A DNA stretch of 63,946 nt, the filler included, from Octopus bimaculoides (Eukaryota), in the NCBI RefSeq assembly GCF_001194135.2. It is 7 parts of 6 records of this genome, joined end to end, with 100 filler letters (N's around TTAATTAATTAA, not from the genome) between each part and the next. Parts side by side here need not be neighbours in the genome. Positions count along the whole stretch, not along the records: positions 26,551 to 54,974 come from NC_068989.1; 6 more parts are not named here. One strand, written 5' to 3'. Below are positions 35,540 to 48,400 of the stretch, one piece after another. The translations under genes and the position numbers were made by a program. Position 1 is the stretch's first letter, and every line of letters begins with the position of its first letter. Under the pieces are notes generated by a model. It was given only the letters and a program-made list of their open reading frames with translations, made no database searches and was not told the DNA's origin.

Positions 35540-37591
35540 ATTGTTTCAGAATCGTTTGTTTATGTAGTCGGCACTTAATGTATATCGGCTGAATGGACGT
35601 CAGTGATTGGTTGAAATTACAGAAATACGACAACTTTAACATGGAATAACTTATGGATTTCTTTTTTTTTTTAAGAATACTAAGAGAAAAAGATGTTTTA
35701 TATGACACATTCTACCAGTGTTCCAAGTTTCAAAGTGTTTCGTTAATGAAAAATGTGGCCCCCGTTTTAAAAAAGATCCCGCCAGACGAAATGTTTTACG
35801 GTATTTCGCCCGTCGCTCCGTTCTGAGTTCAAGTTCCGCTGAGGTCGACTTTGCTTTTCATCCTTTCGAAGTTGATAAAAAAAGTACCAGTTTGCAAGTA
35901 TTTGTGCTTTGTTCAAGATGTGCATCTACGAATGCAGCACTCAAATATTCAAACACACACGTACATATGTACATACGCACGCATACATATATACATGGAT
36001 GACAGAGAACTAACGTGGTTCGGAATTGTTTTCTTTTTATACATAATTATACGCACACATTTTTATAATTTCCGGTTTGCTTATATATTCATACTTCTAT
36101 TATACACTCTTACATACCTACCTGCCTACCTACATACTACATACGTACATATATATATACATACATGCATACATACACACACACCCACATGCACGCACAC
36201 ACCCAAACACCCACACCCACAAACACATATACATATATACATATGTATATGGGCACAGGACGTCACCAACAGTAGACAACATGAAATACGAAAACAAATG
36301 AGTTCAATACGCAAACAACGAGTGAGACAAATGGAAAACAGGACAAGTAACATGGCGAATAACCCTTCAGCAGTTGTCGGCTGTGTATTTGTTCCACATT
36401 TCGATCACTGAACGACAATATGAATCTTTGAAGACAGTTGCTCCCATAAGTACCAAAATAAAATTTGGGATTTATGGAGGATCAGAGTTTTGAACAAAAA
36501 CAAGACAGTGGAGACATACAAAGAAATATGTAAGAAATTCATATCTTTATTTTAGATCTCTCCTTAAGAATCCAACAATCGTTTCAATTACATTAACATA
36601 TACATATGCACATGTATGTATATATATATATATATNNNNNNNNNNNNNNNNNNNNNNNNNNNNNNNNNNNNNNNNNNNNNNNNNNNNNNNNNNNNNNNNN
36701 NNNNNNNNNNNNNNNNNNNNNNNNNNNNNNNNNNNNNNNNNNNNNNNNNNNNNNNNNNNNNNNNNNNNNNNNNNNNNNNNNNNNNNNNNNNNNNNNNNNN
36801 NNNNNNNNNNNNNNNNNNNNNNNNNNNNNNNNNNNNNNNNNNNNNNNNNNNNNNNNNNNNNNNNNNNNNNNNNNNNNNNNNNNNNNNNNNNNNNNNNNNN
36901 NNNNNNNNNNNNNNNNNNNNNNNNNNNNNNNNNNNNNNNNNNNNNNNNNNNNNNNNNNNNNNNNNNNNNNNNNNNNNNNNNNNNNNNNNNNNNNNNNNNN
37001 NNNNNNNNNNNNNNNNNNNNNNNNNNNNNNNNNNNNNNNNNNNNNNNNNNNNNNNNNNNNNNNNNNNNNNNNNNNNNNNNNNNNNNNNNNNNNNNNNNNN
37101 NNNNNNNNNNNNNNNNNNNNNNNNNNNNNNNNNNNNNNNNNNNNNNNNNNNNNNNNNNNNNNNNNNNNNNNNNNNNNNNNNNNNNNNNNNNNNNNNNNNN
37201 NNNNNNNNNNNNNNNNNNNNNNNNNNNNNNNNNNNNNNNNNNNNNNNNNNNNNNNNNNNNNNNNNNNNNNNNNNNNNNNNNNNNNNNNNNNNNNNNNNNN
37301 NNNNNNNNNNNNNNNNNNNNNNNNNNNNNNNNNNNNNNNNNNNNNNNNNNNNNNNNNNNNNNNNNNNNNNNNNNNNNNNNNNNNNNNNNNNNNNNNNNNN
37401 NNNNNNNNNNNNNNNNNNNNNNNNNNNNNNNNNNNNNNNNNNNNNNNNNNNNNNNNNNNNNNNNNNNNNNNNNNNNNNNNNNNNNNNNNNNNNNNNNNNN
37501 NNNNNNNNNNNNNNNNNNNNNNNNNNNNNNNNNNNNNNNNNNNNNNNNNNNNNNNNNNNNNNNNNNNNNNNNNNNNNNNNNNNNNNNNNNN

Positions 37592-37628
<37 letters not shown>

Positions 37629-38137
37629 TTGCATACATTACATACGCACAGGCATATATACATACATACATACATACATACATACATACATGTACACACA
37701 CACATATATATGGTGAGAGAGAGAGAAAGAGAGAAGATATTAAAATTAATAATAATATCCTCGAAAAAATATGTTAATACAACATTACCAAAGTCGAAAA
37801 AATTTTAAAGTTAATAAACGCTTACAAAAAGAAATACCTAAATCGAATTCAACCTAAGATATTCATTCATTCAATTAGTAGTGATGATGTCATTGAGTAA
37901 CGAAATTCTTTTATGAAAATAATGAAAATAATAATAAAATCAAAAGTAAACGTATTTAAGAAAAACCATTCAACTATTGGTGATGTCAGTGAATAATGAA
38001 ATCACAATACAAAATAAAAAAAACAAACATAAGAATTCTACATTATGACAGTTACAAATCTACATAGAAAAATAACCTAAAAACAGCATTTTTACCTACA
38101 GTGTTACGAAGGAATAATAATAATAATAATAATAATG

Positions 38138-38194
<57 letters not shown>

Positions 38195-38318
38195 GTTTAT
38201 ATAAAGGACTGAAGTAACTCAGCAGAAGTATAATAGATAGAGAGAAAAGTTCTTTACTTTTGTATACGATTGACACAATCCATCACTAAATAATAATAAT
38301 AATAATAATAATATCATG

Positions 38319-38804
38319 TAGATTGCTTAGTCTGGGTATAAAAGATGGGCTACAGCAAATATTCTGCTCAATACCACAGATTTGCTTGTCAGTTGTTTGA
38401 CCTTAATCAGTTGAGCATGTCCCTTAGTGGCTGCCGATATGTGCATCTCTGATCACGAGCAGAGGTAGTTGGGGAGCATTATCGCCATGTGTTGAGAGGA
38501 ATGCTTTGGAGTTTGGATGATTCATCTCTGAAAACATGGGCGTTTCGTTCAACATCCTTAAACAACTCTTATTCAGAAGCCTTTTGGGCGGGATGAACTA
38601 TTCGACCTGAAGAAAATTCTGACTGGGTCCCACCTGCAAGGTCATGCGCTGTTAATCTTGACATGGGATCACCATGTCGCGCACATATGGTTGTGATGCA
38701 TGTGTCTGGTATACCCTTATCAGACGGGTAGTCATGGTGGGTATACTGGGCTTCGTATATTTTACCTCAGTGTTACTTTGATGGCATGCACTACTCTCTC
38801 ACTC
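38319..38804. mobile_element. ~490-bp higher-GC unclassified element flanked on both sides by (TAA)n
   Basis: Complex sequence bounded by (TAA)n at 38287-38312 and 38805-38864; no ORF recognised. Confidence 0.5.
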
Positions 38805-38864
<60 letters not shown>

Positions 38865-38879
38865 TGCCAGCCTCACAGA

Positions 38880-39180
38880 GGATGTCGTTAAAGATATCCG
38901 AAACAGACCTTCCTACACATAGATATGCTAATACCAAGTAAAAAAAAGTACCTGCAAGGAATATGATTAACTCGCTAAGTATAAAAATCTTAAATTGAAA
39001 CAAGTAAGATGTGACTCTTGAAAACGGAAATAATACCAGTTGTGGCTGGAACACTTGGAATCCTAAAAAACATGGGTTATTGGTTTCTTTGAAAAAATTC
39101 CGAACAAACATAACATACACGAAATCAAAAGAATAAAAAATAAAAATAGTATTAAACACACACTACGCAATTTCTTGTTT
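38880..39180 (+). mobile_element. R4/Dong-type non-LTR retrotransposon, C-terminal RLE endonuclease relic
   Basis: KEYD*LAKYKNLKL and EIIPVVAGTLGIL resemble KE.EK..KY..L..E and IIP.V.G.LG. Confidence 0.6.
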
Positions 39181-39399
39181 TTAAAACTATAGTCTCAAAA
39201 CCTCTGGGATTTGTTTTTGAAAAACCCAACAGGAACGGGGGTTAATCTACAATATAGCATTATTCAACAATACCTGTCTCAGTTGACTTGTTTTTGCTCG
39301 GCAGGTATTTGTTATCTAGCCAATGTCAAAGGAATTATAATAGTAAATTGGCTGGAAAAAGAGAGAGGAAATCAGGCGGACATAAGGTGTCACGGTGGA

Positions 39400-40345
39400 A
39401 GCAGAGAATCGAAAGTGGCCTAGCATAAAGATCTGAGTCGCATAGAAGAATGGTCCAAAGGGCAAGGAAATATACTAATGAAGGTGTGAAAGCATGAATT
39501 GAAATAAAATACCATATAGAAAAGAAACGGCTCAAACCTGTTACCCAAACCTTAAAACAGTGTATTCAGGTAAAATCATTCAAGGTGCAACACTACACTG
39601 AACGCATATCACAATTCCATCTAAACAGACTATTCACAAATAACCAGGTAATTTTTGTAATAGCTTGGGTGGAGACACAGAGAGTAATATATCTCATGAG
39701 GTAGAGGAAACCTGCCAAGTTTGGAGTAACATCTGGGGCCAAGAGGTTTCCCACAACCATGGTGTTGAGTAGATTCAATCAGAGAGATCTGAACTACAGC
39801 ACCTTGAGTTTCCAAGGCAAGATAGTGTATCCATAACAACGAAAGATGTAATAACAAAAGTATCGAAACTGCCACATTAAAGGACAGCAGGGCCAGATAG
39901 AATCTATGGCCAGTGGCTCAAATGGGTTAGGTCAACACACAAGCGAATTGGTTTGCAATTAGACGATTACCTACAGAATGGTGCGGTTCCGAAATAGATG
40001 GTAAAGGGAGAGACAACATAGTTGTTGAAAGATCGATCAAGCTATTACTAACCCATTGCCTGTCATAACCTCTTATAGAAAGTGTTAACAGACATCCTGA
40101 CAAGGAAAATATATACGTTCCTTGCACAAAACAATCTACTTCCATTAGAACACAAAAAAAGTTGCCAAGTAGGACACAAGGGTACCAAAGGCCACCTTAC
40201 GGTAGGCAAGGCCGTAATGAAGAACTGCAATTGGTATCAAACAACTTGTGCATGGTTTGGATAGACTTTAAGAAATGCTTATTGCAAGTGGCAGCATTCG
40301 TGGATTCTGGAAACACAAACACACATGTGTGGAGTAGCTAAGAAC
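39400..40345 (+). mobile_element. R4/Dong-type non-LTR retrotransposon, N-terminal/RT relic
   Basis: KYHIEKKRLKPVTQTLKQCIQ..ISQFHLNRLFTNNQ, AGPDRIYGQWLK, ILTRKIYTFLAQNNLLPLEH, GHKGTKGHL; many stops and frameshifts. Confidence 0.75.
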
Positions 40346-41352
40346 GTGCGTGCACTAACCAAGAGCAGATGTTTCAGCTTCACCTGTCATTCTGTATTTC
40401 TGATACAGTATGTCTAGAAATACGTCGTTAAGTGCGTCTTTATTAAGAGACAGTTAGAAGTGATTTGAGGGCAATCTAGCTGCTATTTCTAACAGGTTTA
40501 GCGACTACGTTGCCTCACATAATAATGCCTGTACCCCACCCCCTCTGTTTACGCTATTCAGTTTACCCTTGAGCCCAGTGAAAAGGAAGAAAAGCACTAA
40601 TTTAATGAATTAAGAATTCGGACATGGTGTTAATTAAATTTGACCTGGCAATGATCACCGGACAGAAGAGACAAGACGTAACCAGAGAGAAGACATGACC
40701 CGGTGGGCAGTTTAATTTCTCCAGTGTTGTGAGGCGGAGAGGAATAGGCAGCAGAGTACACGGAAAGAAAAGGTAGTAAACATGTTNNNNNNNNNNCCCC
40801 CTCTGTTTACGCTATTCAGTTTACCCTTGAGCCCAGTGAAAAGGAAGAAAAGCACTAATTTAATGAATTAAGAATTCGGACATGGTGTTAATTAAATTTG
40901 ACCTGGCAATGATCACCGGACAGAAGAGACAAGACGTAACCAGAGAGAAGACATGACCCGGTGGGCAGTTTAATTTCTCCAGTGTTGTGAGGCGGAGAGG
41001 AATAGGCAGCAGAGTACACGGAAAGAAAAGGTAGTAAACATGTTCGGGAGATAGAGGAGGACGTGTAAGAGAGAAAGAGAGGAAGTTACAGGAGTAGTAG
41101 GAGGAAGAGAGTAAGAAGGAAACGCAAACGAAAGGACAAAAAAAGAGAGTGAAAGACAGAAATAGAGATAGAAAGAGAGATATAAACAGACAGAAAGATA
41201 GATATAAGGAGAGGAGAGGACTTATAGATAGGCAGGAGGATTGATAGAGAATTGACAGAAAGGGAAGGAGAATACGTTGAAAAGAGAGTAAACAAACATA
41301 GAAAGAGGAAGGGTGGGAGAGAGAAAAGCAAACTGATGAGACAGAAGGAAAG

Positions 41353-41402
<50 letters not shown>

Positions 41403-41828
41403 AGAGATAAATAGAAAGATAGATATATAAAGGGGGATGACTGATAGAAAGGGGAGGAGAATAAGTACGAGACAGAGTAAACAAACATAGAAAGAAGACT
41501 GGGATAGGATAAGTAAGAGTAGAACAGAGAGCCGAGCGAAATGTGAATATGAAGAGGTTCTTGAGGAAATAATATTAAAAGGATTTCATTATTATTCAAA
41601 TTACTAATTATTATGTTATAAAACTGTTGAGGAAGGATTCCAACCACCCACCAAGTGACCAGAAGTGGACTGACTTATGGTTATAAACTAAAGAACTGTG
41701 AGCAATAGGCAGTTCGTGTTAGTAGCAGTTCACTACGAGCCTTATGTAATAGTAATAGTAGTGCATCGAGTATATACTTCCTTCCTCCCTGCTTCGTTAT
41801 GTTATATATCCAATACAGGATGTAAAAG

Positions 41829-42550
41829 TGGCGACGAGTTGTTCAAAGCTTGCGTTGGACGTTTAGAATATTCTTGTTAGTACGAAACCAAAGAAAAAAA
41901 TCGATTTAACATGGAAGACTTATTGTCCTCTGTGGTGCAGTTGTGACAGCAACAGCAGTTACAGCAGCAAATACAGCAGCAACACAGCAGCAACAGCAGC
42001 AGCAACAGTAGCAGCAACAACAGCAGTAACTGCTACAAGAGCAACAACAAAACCAACAGTTGTGGGAATTAATGTTGAAGAAATCTGGAAATACTTCAGA
42101 TTCGTACTCGCCAGACAGCGTAGGAAATTCAATATATAAACCAGAAGAAGAGATTATCTTCTCTGCATATTTTCGCAGATACGAAGAAATCTTCAAAGAA
42201 GAGTGTAAAAGTTGGTTCGACGAAAAAAAAAGGTACGATTACTTTTAAGAAAGTTATCCCCTGTTGTACACGAAAAATATAGTAATTATATTCTGCCAAA
42301 GGAGCCAGATGAAATTTTGTCGATGAAGTAATATTTTATAGAAAATTTTCAGTGAAAGAAGTTCCCTGTTCAATACTCGCTGGCAATGTTTAAATTTGGT
42401 CAAAAAATGATGAAGATTTCGTCGCCTATGCTGGAGTGGTTAACAGAGAGTGTGAGAAATTCAAATTGAATGAGTTGACCCCGGACATGTTCAAGTCTTT
42501 AATTTTTATTCAAGGGCTTACTGCAAGCAAAGATGCAGATATAGGATATA
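41829..42550 (+). mobile_element. Gypsy LTR retrotransposon relic: PBS and gag
   Basis: TGGCGACGAG at 41829-41838 (complement of a tRNA-Ser(GCU) 3' end) follows ..aataCA. gag starts at ATG 41911: MEDLL..polyQ..YSPDSVGNSI, FSAYFRRYEEIFKEEC, LLLRKLS, YSNYILPKEP, SLFNTRWQCLNL, EDFVAYAGVVNRECEKFKL, LIFIQGL. Frameshifted and truncated. Confidence 0.85.
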
Positions 42551-42975
42551 CAAAATTTGCTACAATAAAATTAGTTATAATTACGATATCATGTTTTATA
42601 TTTACCATTAATTAATTGACAGTAGCATTTGATAGACTTGAGGCTCATATTTTCCGCTATTTCTAACGGAAGACCTTGAGTTTCAACCAATTCCAGAAAA
42701 GCTCTAGAGAATATTTTGGAACTTATTATACATTGAATTAATCAATTATAAACTAACCAGCTATATACTATGGTGCTCCAGTCGTCATTGACAAGTTTTT
42801 CTTTAAAATTCTACTTATTTTGTTGTTATCAATACTTTTCAGAGTTTTTCAAAAACAACTTCCTAAGTAGATATATGTATTAAGAAAAATCTTTCCTAAT
42901 TCTGTATCTCTATATGTTCTAAACTTACAGGTTGATGGATTGCATTTAAATAATATTTCCGGTTTTATTCTTAAG

Positions 42976-43065
42976 ATAATGAATGTGAATTCTAAAAACT
43001 GCTTAAGAGCGGTAGAGGATACGCGTGTACTCATTACCGAATGTGATAGAACGAATGGACACAAG
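42976..43065 (+). pseudogene. Putative GALNT ricin-B lectin exon (alpha repeat)
   Basis: ttcttaAG|IMNVNSKNCLRAVEDTRVLITECDRTNGHK|GTAAAA: 90 nt, phase 0/0, with a ricin-type I.N..S..CL.....V....C...G pattern. Confidence 0.6.
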
Positions 43066-43127
43066 GTAAAAATCACATTCATTTACAATGATATTGTTTA
43101 ATACTAATCGTGAGTGATTCCCTTCAG

Positions 43128-43246
43128 TTCTCATTTTCATACAATATCCAAATAGAATCTCTTGTCTAGACGCAGAGAAGCACGTCTATTCAGGAAGGGC
43201 ATAATCAATGTAGTATATTATCGCTTTACATTTATCGATGTATGAG
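43128..43246 (+). pseudogene. Putative GALNT ricin-B lectin exon (beta repeat), frameshifted
   Basis: After a 62-nt intron, cccttcAG|FSFS.. is followed by RISCLDA and EGHNQ in different frames, ending at a GAG|GTAAGC donor. Confidence 0.45.
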
Positions 43247-45169
43247 GTAAGCAAAATCAGCATCAGAGACTATTTCATCACGACATAATTTCTCACTGAA
43301 GATCTTGGCAGCGCTCAGTCAATACAGTTTCTACTGGTGCTTCCGTTCAAATATCTGCTTTAGTTAGGAAGGAAGAAATCAGACATGAATTTCACTAAAC
43401 TACTTATGTTGGATACCAACTCACAACCAATGATCTTAGCTTTCCAACGTATTTTTTATATATAATCTATTTGATTAGTGAGCTCATGTTTATGTCAATC
43501 AAACAGATAATATAATAAAACTGTATGAACCACATGCTACAAGTTACATACAAAATTAAGAAGCGATTATGCATGTAACCATTTGACGCACTGTATCTAA
43601 TATATATTTAATTACTGTATTTATAGTAACTAAGTTTTAATTTCTGGAGTAATAATTCAGGGATTATTCTATTTCACCAATTTTCTGCGTCGCGTCTATT
43701 GGCGAACACCAGAAAGTCCAAAACAAAAAAAAACAAAAATAAATAAAAGAGGGTAAAGATAATTCTTGTCAAAACAAATTAGGTTGATAGGTTGATAAGA
43801 TACGGACTTATATTTCTTAGAGACTCTACCACTTTAAGAGTAACATTCTGGGCGAGTGTGTCCAACCTGGAACCAAAAAGCAGCTAACAAATTTTATCCC
43901 AGAGTTACACGCTGTTTTTTTTTTTTTTTTGGCAGCAGTATTCCTGAAGAGGGGTACTGAAACCCTTAAGTAGAACTAGGATTCACAAATAGACACTGGG
44001 TTTTTGAAGGCAAATGTCAGACAACTGCAACCAACTAGACTATAAACTTCGAGCAACAAAAATACTGTTTCAGTAGTATATATCCCATTCCAGTTGTGCA
44101 TTTCACGTAAAATAAAATATAAATGATGAGGGAACCATCAACTGGAAGAAATGCTGCTGGCGTGGATTTGTTTTCTGCAATCTCAACTTTATAATCTCAG
44201 GACCATGCTCTGCGACACATTCCGAATGAGAAATGTTGTATTAGGTGATGAAATTGCAACAGACATCTACTCACTCAATTGTAGCCTCGCATGGTGTCTC
44301 CTTAGGCAGTTCTCTGGTCTGGTTTAGTATGCTCATCTCTACCAATTCAAATGTTACTGAAATCAAACATTGATCTTGACCACAACCATTTTTCTGTCGT
44401 TGGAGTCTTAAAGAGTTTTGGCCGTGTTCAATCTGGATTCTCTTCTTCGACTTTGGTTCATGGCCTTACCAGGAGCACTAAATTCCAATCAGCATTGTGA
44501 ATCAGGCAATTAACGACGGTATGAGGGTTGATTATGTTTAAAGCTACAGATTATGCGAGAGTTTGCAATCACTGAAATAGTTCAGAGGTGTTGCAACAAT
44601 GTCAGTGTCAAAAATATAAACTAACAGGGTAATTATTTTATGAACTTCTGAATGAATGGCGATAAAATCTCAGAACCATTCATCCAATCCGACCTATTTA
44701 GCAGCCTGCTCTTTTGTATTCATTCCTAAGTTTCAGTCGATAGTTGTTTGTAAGTAGAAAAATAACATTTTTTTTTTAATGTTTGCTATACAAAATTACA
44801 AACTTATAGTTGTATTGAAACAATTAATAAAGACTAGTCTTTTATATCCCTCTCTTAGTATACTTTTCATACCACCAACAACGAACTGAGAACATATACA
44901 AGATTTTTTGATGGTATGGATGTTTTAGCGACACAATTTTGTCATGGTATGAAAGGTAACCAACTCTAGATTTTACTTCCGGTGAGTAAAAGCCTGTCAA
45001 AAATATTCCCTAAAGATCAAATTCATATATAAACGATATGTAAACAACCACCAAGCAAAATGTATAATTGGATATTGCAATGATAAGTTCAAGAATAAAG
45101 CTCGCAGATAGTTATTGATTTCCAATTGTTGATATTTGTATGTTGAAAGTGATATAAATTATGTGGATC

Positions 45170-45445
45170 TGGATCTATCAACCCGATCTTTAGAACGTGG
45201 AACGTAACAACACTTCTTGATCGTTGCAATACTAAATGTCCCGAAGTCCAAAATAATGCCCAAAGCACCTGTTTGGAAAGAACTCCGATTTCAAAATCGA
45301 TGCCGCTGTTCCATGCAAGAGAAAGGAAAAAAAAACTTGAAAGGATAAATTGTGGCTATCTATTCTTTTAGAAAGGAAATGCTGACAAAGAGAAGAATCC
45401 AAGGAGTTGGAATTGCCTGTTAAAACCAGAATTGTTCGAGCCAAC
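45170..45445 (+). mobile_element. RTE LINE AP-endonuclease relic
   Basis: RTWNVTTLLD, KIDAAV, GYLFF*KG..DKE, QGVGIA in shifting frames. Confidence 0.7.
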
Positions 45446-48400
45446 TAATTCTAACTGCCATCAATGAATGATAGATGAAACTCTGAGTGTTATTACCCCA
45501 ACATAACATTATTTCGCTCATCTCTGTTTATGTTCCGACTCTTGACACCAGACATTTTAGCTTCTTTTAAATAATCCCGGGTTTTGACATTAGATATAGT
45601 TTTAACAGTGAACCATTTAACATAGCCTGATTTCAAGCACGTCGAATTATATCAATAGCACAAATACTGTTTCGTTGTAACTTTTAAAAACATATTTTGG
45701 AAAAACTTTTTTTAAATATATACATTTTCCCTAAAGTTACGAAGAAACAAATTCGGTGGTACACTATTATGTATGTATGCCCTATCTGTAAAAAGCATTA
45801 CAGTGAAATAGACAGTACGTGGAGTGTTAGAAAAAGGAGCCAATACACCACCAACACGGCCCCCACCCCATTCCGTTTTCGGAAAATAAATGCACAATTT
45901 CTACGTAATGATCAAATTAATTGAAATGATACGAACAACCTGAAATATTATTAATTTTATCTAGTGTTTTCAGCGGACAACGTACATACAAACGAATAAA
46001 CTTTGCTTTTTATAAGGATAGAAGATAAAGATATGAGCGTGTATTTATATCTATGTTCCCCCCACCACCACCACCACCACCGCTTTTGCGTCCACATAAG
46101 CTAGCGGTTTCCTGAAAAGTGATTTATAGAATAAGTACCAGGCTTTAAAAAATAATCGTAGAGGTCAATTCATGCAACTAAAAATTCAAGACTGCGCCCC
46201 AGTAAGGCACGCAATCTGATGACTGGAACAAGTAAATGATAAAAGATAAATACATGTGAGTGTGTGTGAGTGTGTGTGTGAGAGTGTGTATGTATGTGTT
46301 TATACACACACACGTGTATATATATATATATATATATNNNNNNNNNNNNNNNNNNNNNNNNNNNNNNNNNNNNNNNNNNNNNNNNNNNNNNNNNNNNNNN
46401 NNNNNNNNNNNNNNNNNNNNNNNNNNNNNNNNNNNNNNNNNNNNNNNNNNNNNNNNNNNNNNNNNNNNNNNNNNNNNNNNNNNNNNNNNNNNNNNNNNNN
46501 NNNNNNNNNNNNNNNNNNNNNNNNNNNNNNNNNNNNNNNNNNNNNNNNNNNNNNNNNNNNNNNNNNNNNNNNNNNNNNNNNNNNNNNNNNNNNNNNNNNN
46601 NNNNNNNNNNNNNNNNNNNNNNNNNNNNNNNNNNNNNNNNNNNNNNNNNNNNNNNNNNNNNNNNNNNNNNNNNNNNNNNNNNNNNNNNNNNNNNNNNNNN
46701 NNNNNNNNNNNNNNNNNNNNNNNNNNNNNNNNNNNNNNNNNNNNNNNNNNNNNNNNNNNGGGAAGTTATCCCTCTCATCGTGATCGTAGCACGAACGGAC
46801 CCGGGTTTCAGGGTTATTTCCCTTCGTCAGCGTCCGATAGCTACCGACCTTCGATGAGAGATATAAATTCTTGGCAACCTTATGTATATTTTTCCAGTGA
46901 AATTCTTCACTGATATCGAAAAAGTAAAAACAAGCAATGTTAATTCTCTAAATGAAGTATTAACAGTAACTGACCACCATCATCATCATCGTCGTCGTCG
47001 TCGTCATGATATTCTCAAGTCAAAAGGAACCCCATGTGCTACTGATCAACACGCAATCTTGATAATCTGTGTGTTACAACTCAGATTTGATTTTTTTTTT
47101 TCTCTTAAAAAGAAAAACTCCAATGCAATTCATTGGCATTGCGATAATCTGTTTCTGAAGTATTTCACCGAACAGTCTTCTTTAAAATCCTAAGTGGTCT
47201 TTCCGGATGTGTGATCATAAATAGTGATTTTTTTTGTACCAGTATTGGTTAGCTTTCCGTGCCAGGTGAAACACTTCAAGCCGGAGTTGAGGGACAACCG
47301 CCCGCTGAGACGTCACCGCTTCGTATTATATCAATAGCACAAATACTGTTTCGTTGTAACTTTTATTTTCTCTAACCTCTAATGGTCGAACGAATATAAG
47401 AAATATTGAAAGTAAAATATTTCATGTTACCAAAAGAAAACGGAACGTGACCTATTATGGAATTTAAAATTGACACTTTATCGTCTCTAAAGCTGATCGT
47501 GCTGTTTGGTAAAGCTCCATACTAGAGAGACAGGCGTACGGTTACTTCTGTGCAACTGAAAAAAAATATATCATTTGATGTTGACCTTTATCTAGCAGCA
47601 CCAACAATGAATTGTCTGTAGAATCTCCCTACTCTCTCCCTCTCTCTCCCTCTCTCTCCCTCTTTCCTTCCCTATTTTCTTCTCTCTCGTTATCTTCTCT
47701 TCTTTACTTATCTATATGGCTTCAATTTATATTATGACTTACTTTCATTTTCATTTTCAAACTGTGTTAATACGAATAACCAATAAATCACCATCAAAGG
47801 TAAATTGGTGTTTGATAAATGGAACATTACGAAGAAATAAATATGAAATGAGAAGAAACATTACCAAATATTAATATAAATCTTGTAGACGTCGAGAGAA
47901 CAAGAAATATTAAAAAAAAATTTTATTTTTGCAACTGTAAATCTCGAAGCACATAAAGTTATAAATAATAACATATGAATATTGGGTTGAATTCTCTTTT
48001 GTATAGAAAAAACATACTTTATAGGAGATGTGGGTCCGAGTTCCATGGCAGCTTTCAACTGTCTCTATCCAAAAGAGTTTTTCAACTCCTTATCTCCGAT
48101 TATTTATAGTTTTATGTGCTTCGAGATCCACTGTTCCCACCCCAAAAGAAAGAATTAATCTTGATACTTTTCATTTTACTAGCAAAAATTAAAAAAACAA
48201 GGATCTGCTTCGGTTTTATTATTAACTCCTGAACGAAGTATAATTTTTACCATACCCAGAGAACTTGAGAAGGATGTATCTTTTACTTGTTTCAGTCATT
48301 AGACTGTGGCCATGCTGGGGCACCACCAACTAAGTAAATACAAAATATTGTATACTAATTAGCGTAGAAAACTATCGAATTATTTAGAAAAAAATTATTC

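Larger units (their letters stand above)
29817..43246 (+). pseudogene. Polypeptide N-acetylgalactosaminyltransferase (GALNT/pgant family), disrupted spliced gene
   Basis: Five exon-like segments occur in the expected GALNT order: TM/stem, FN.Y.SD.I.L.R, VAPVID..GTFDWN.NFRW, and two ricin-lectin pieces. Splice signals are present, together with several frameshifts and stops. Confidence 0.8.

Noticed and set aside
40547-41043. Apparently identical ~245-bp direct repeat, suggesting paired LTRs
   Set aside because: The copies sit either side of a 10-N gap, typical of an unmerged contig overlap.
42620-42900. HIFR and YVLRKIFP as possible GALNT exon remnants
   Set aside because: Matches are too short and lack consistent splice sites or frame.
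43800-44700. Higher-complexity stretch that might be a LINE relic on the minus strand
   Set aside because: Could not be assigned to any conserved RT or endonuclease motif by eye.
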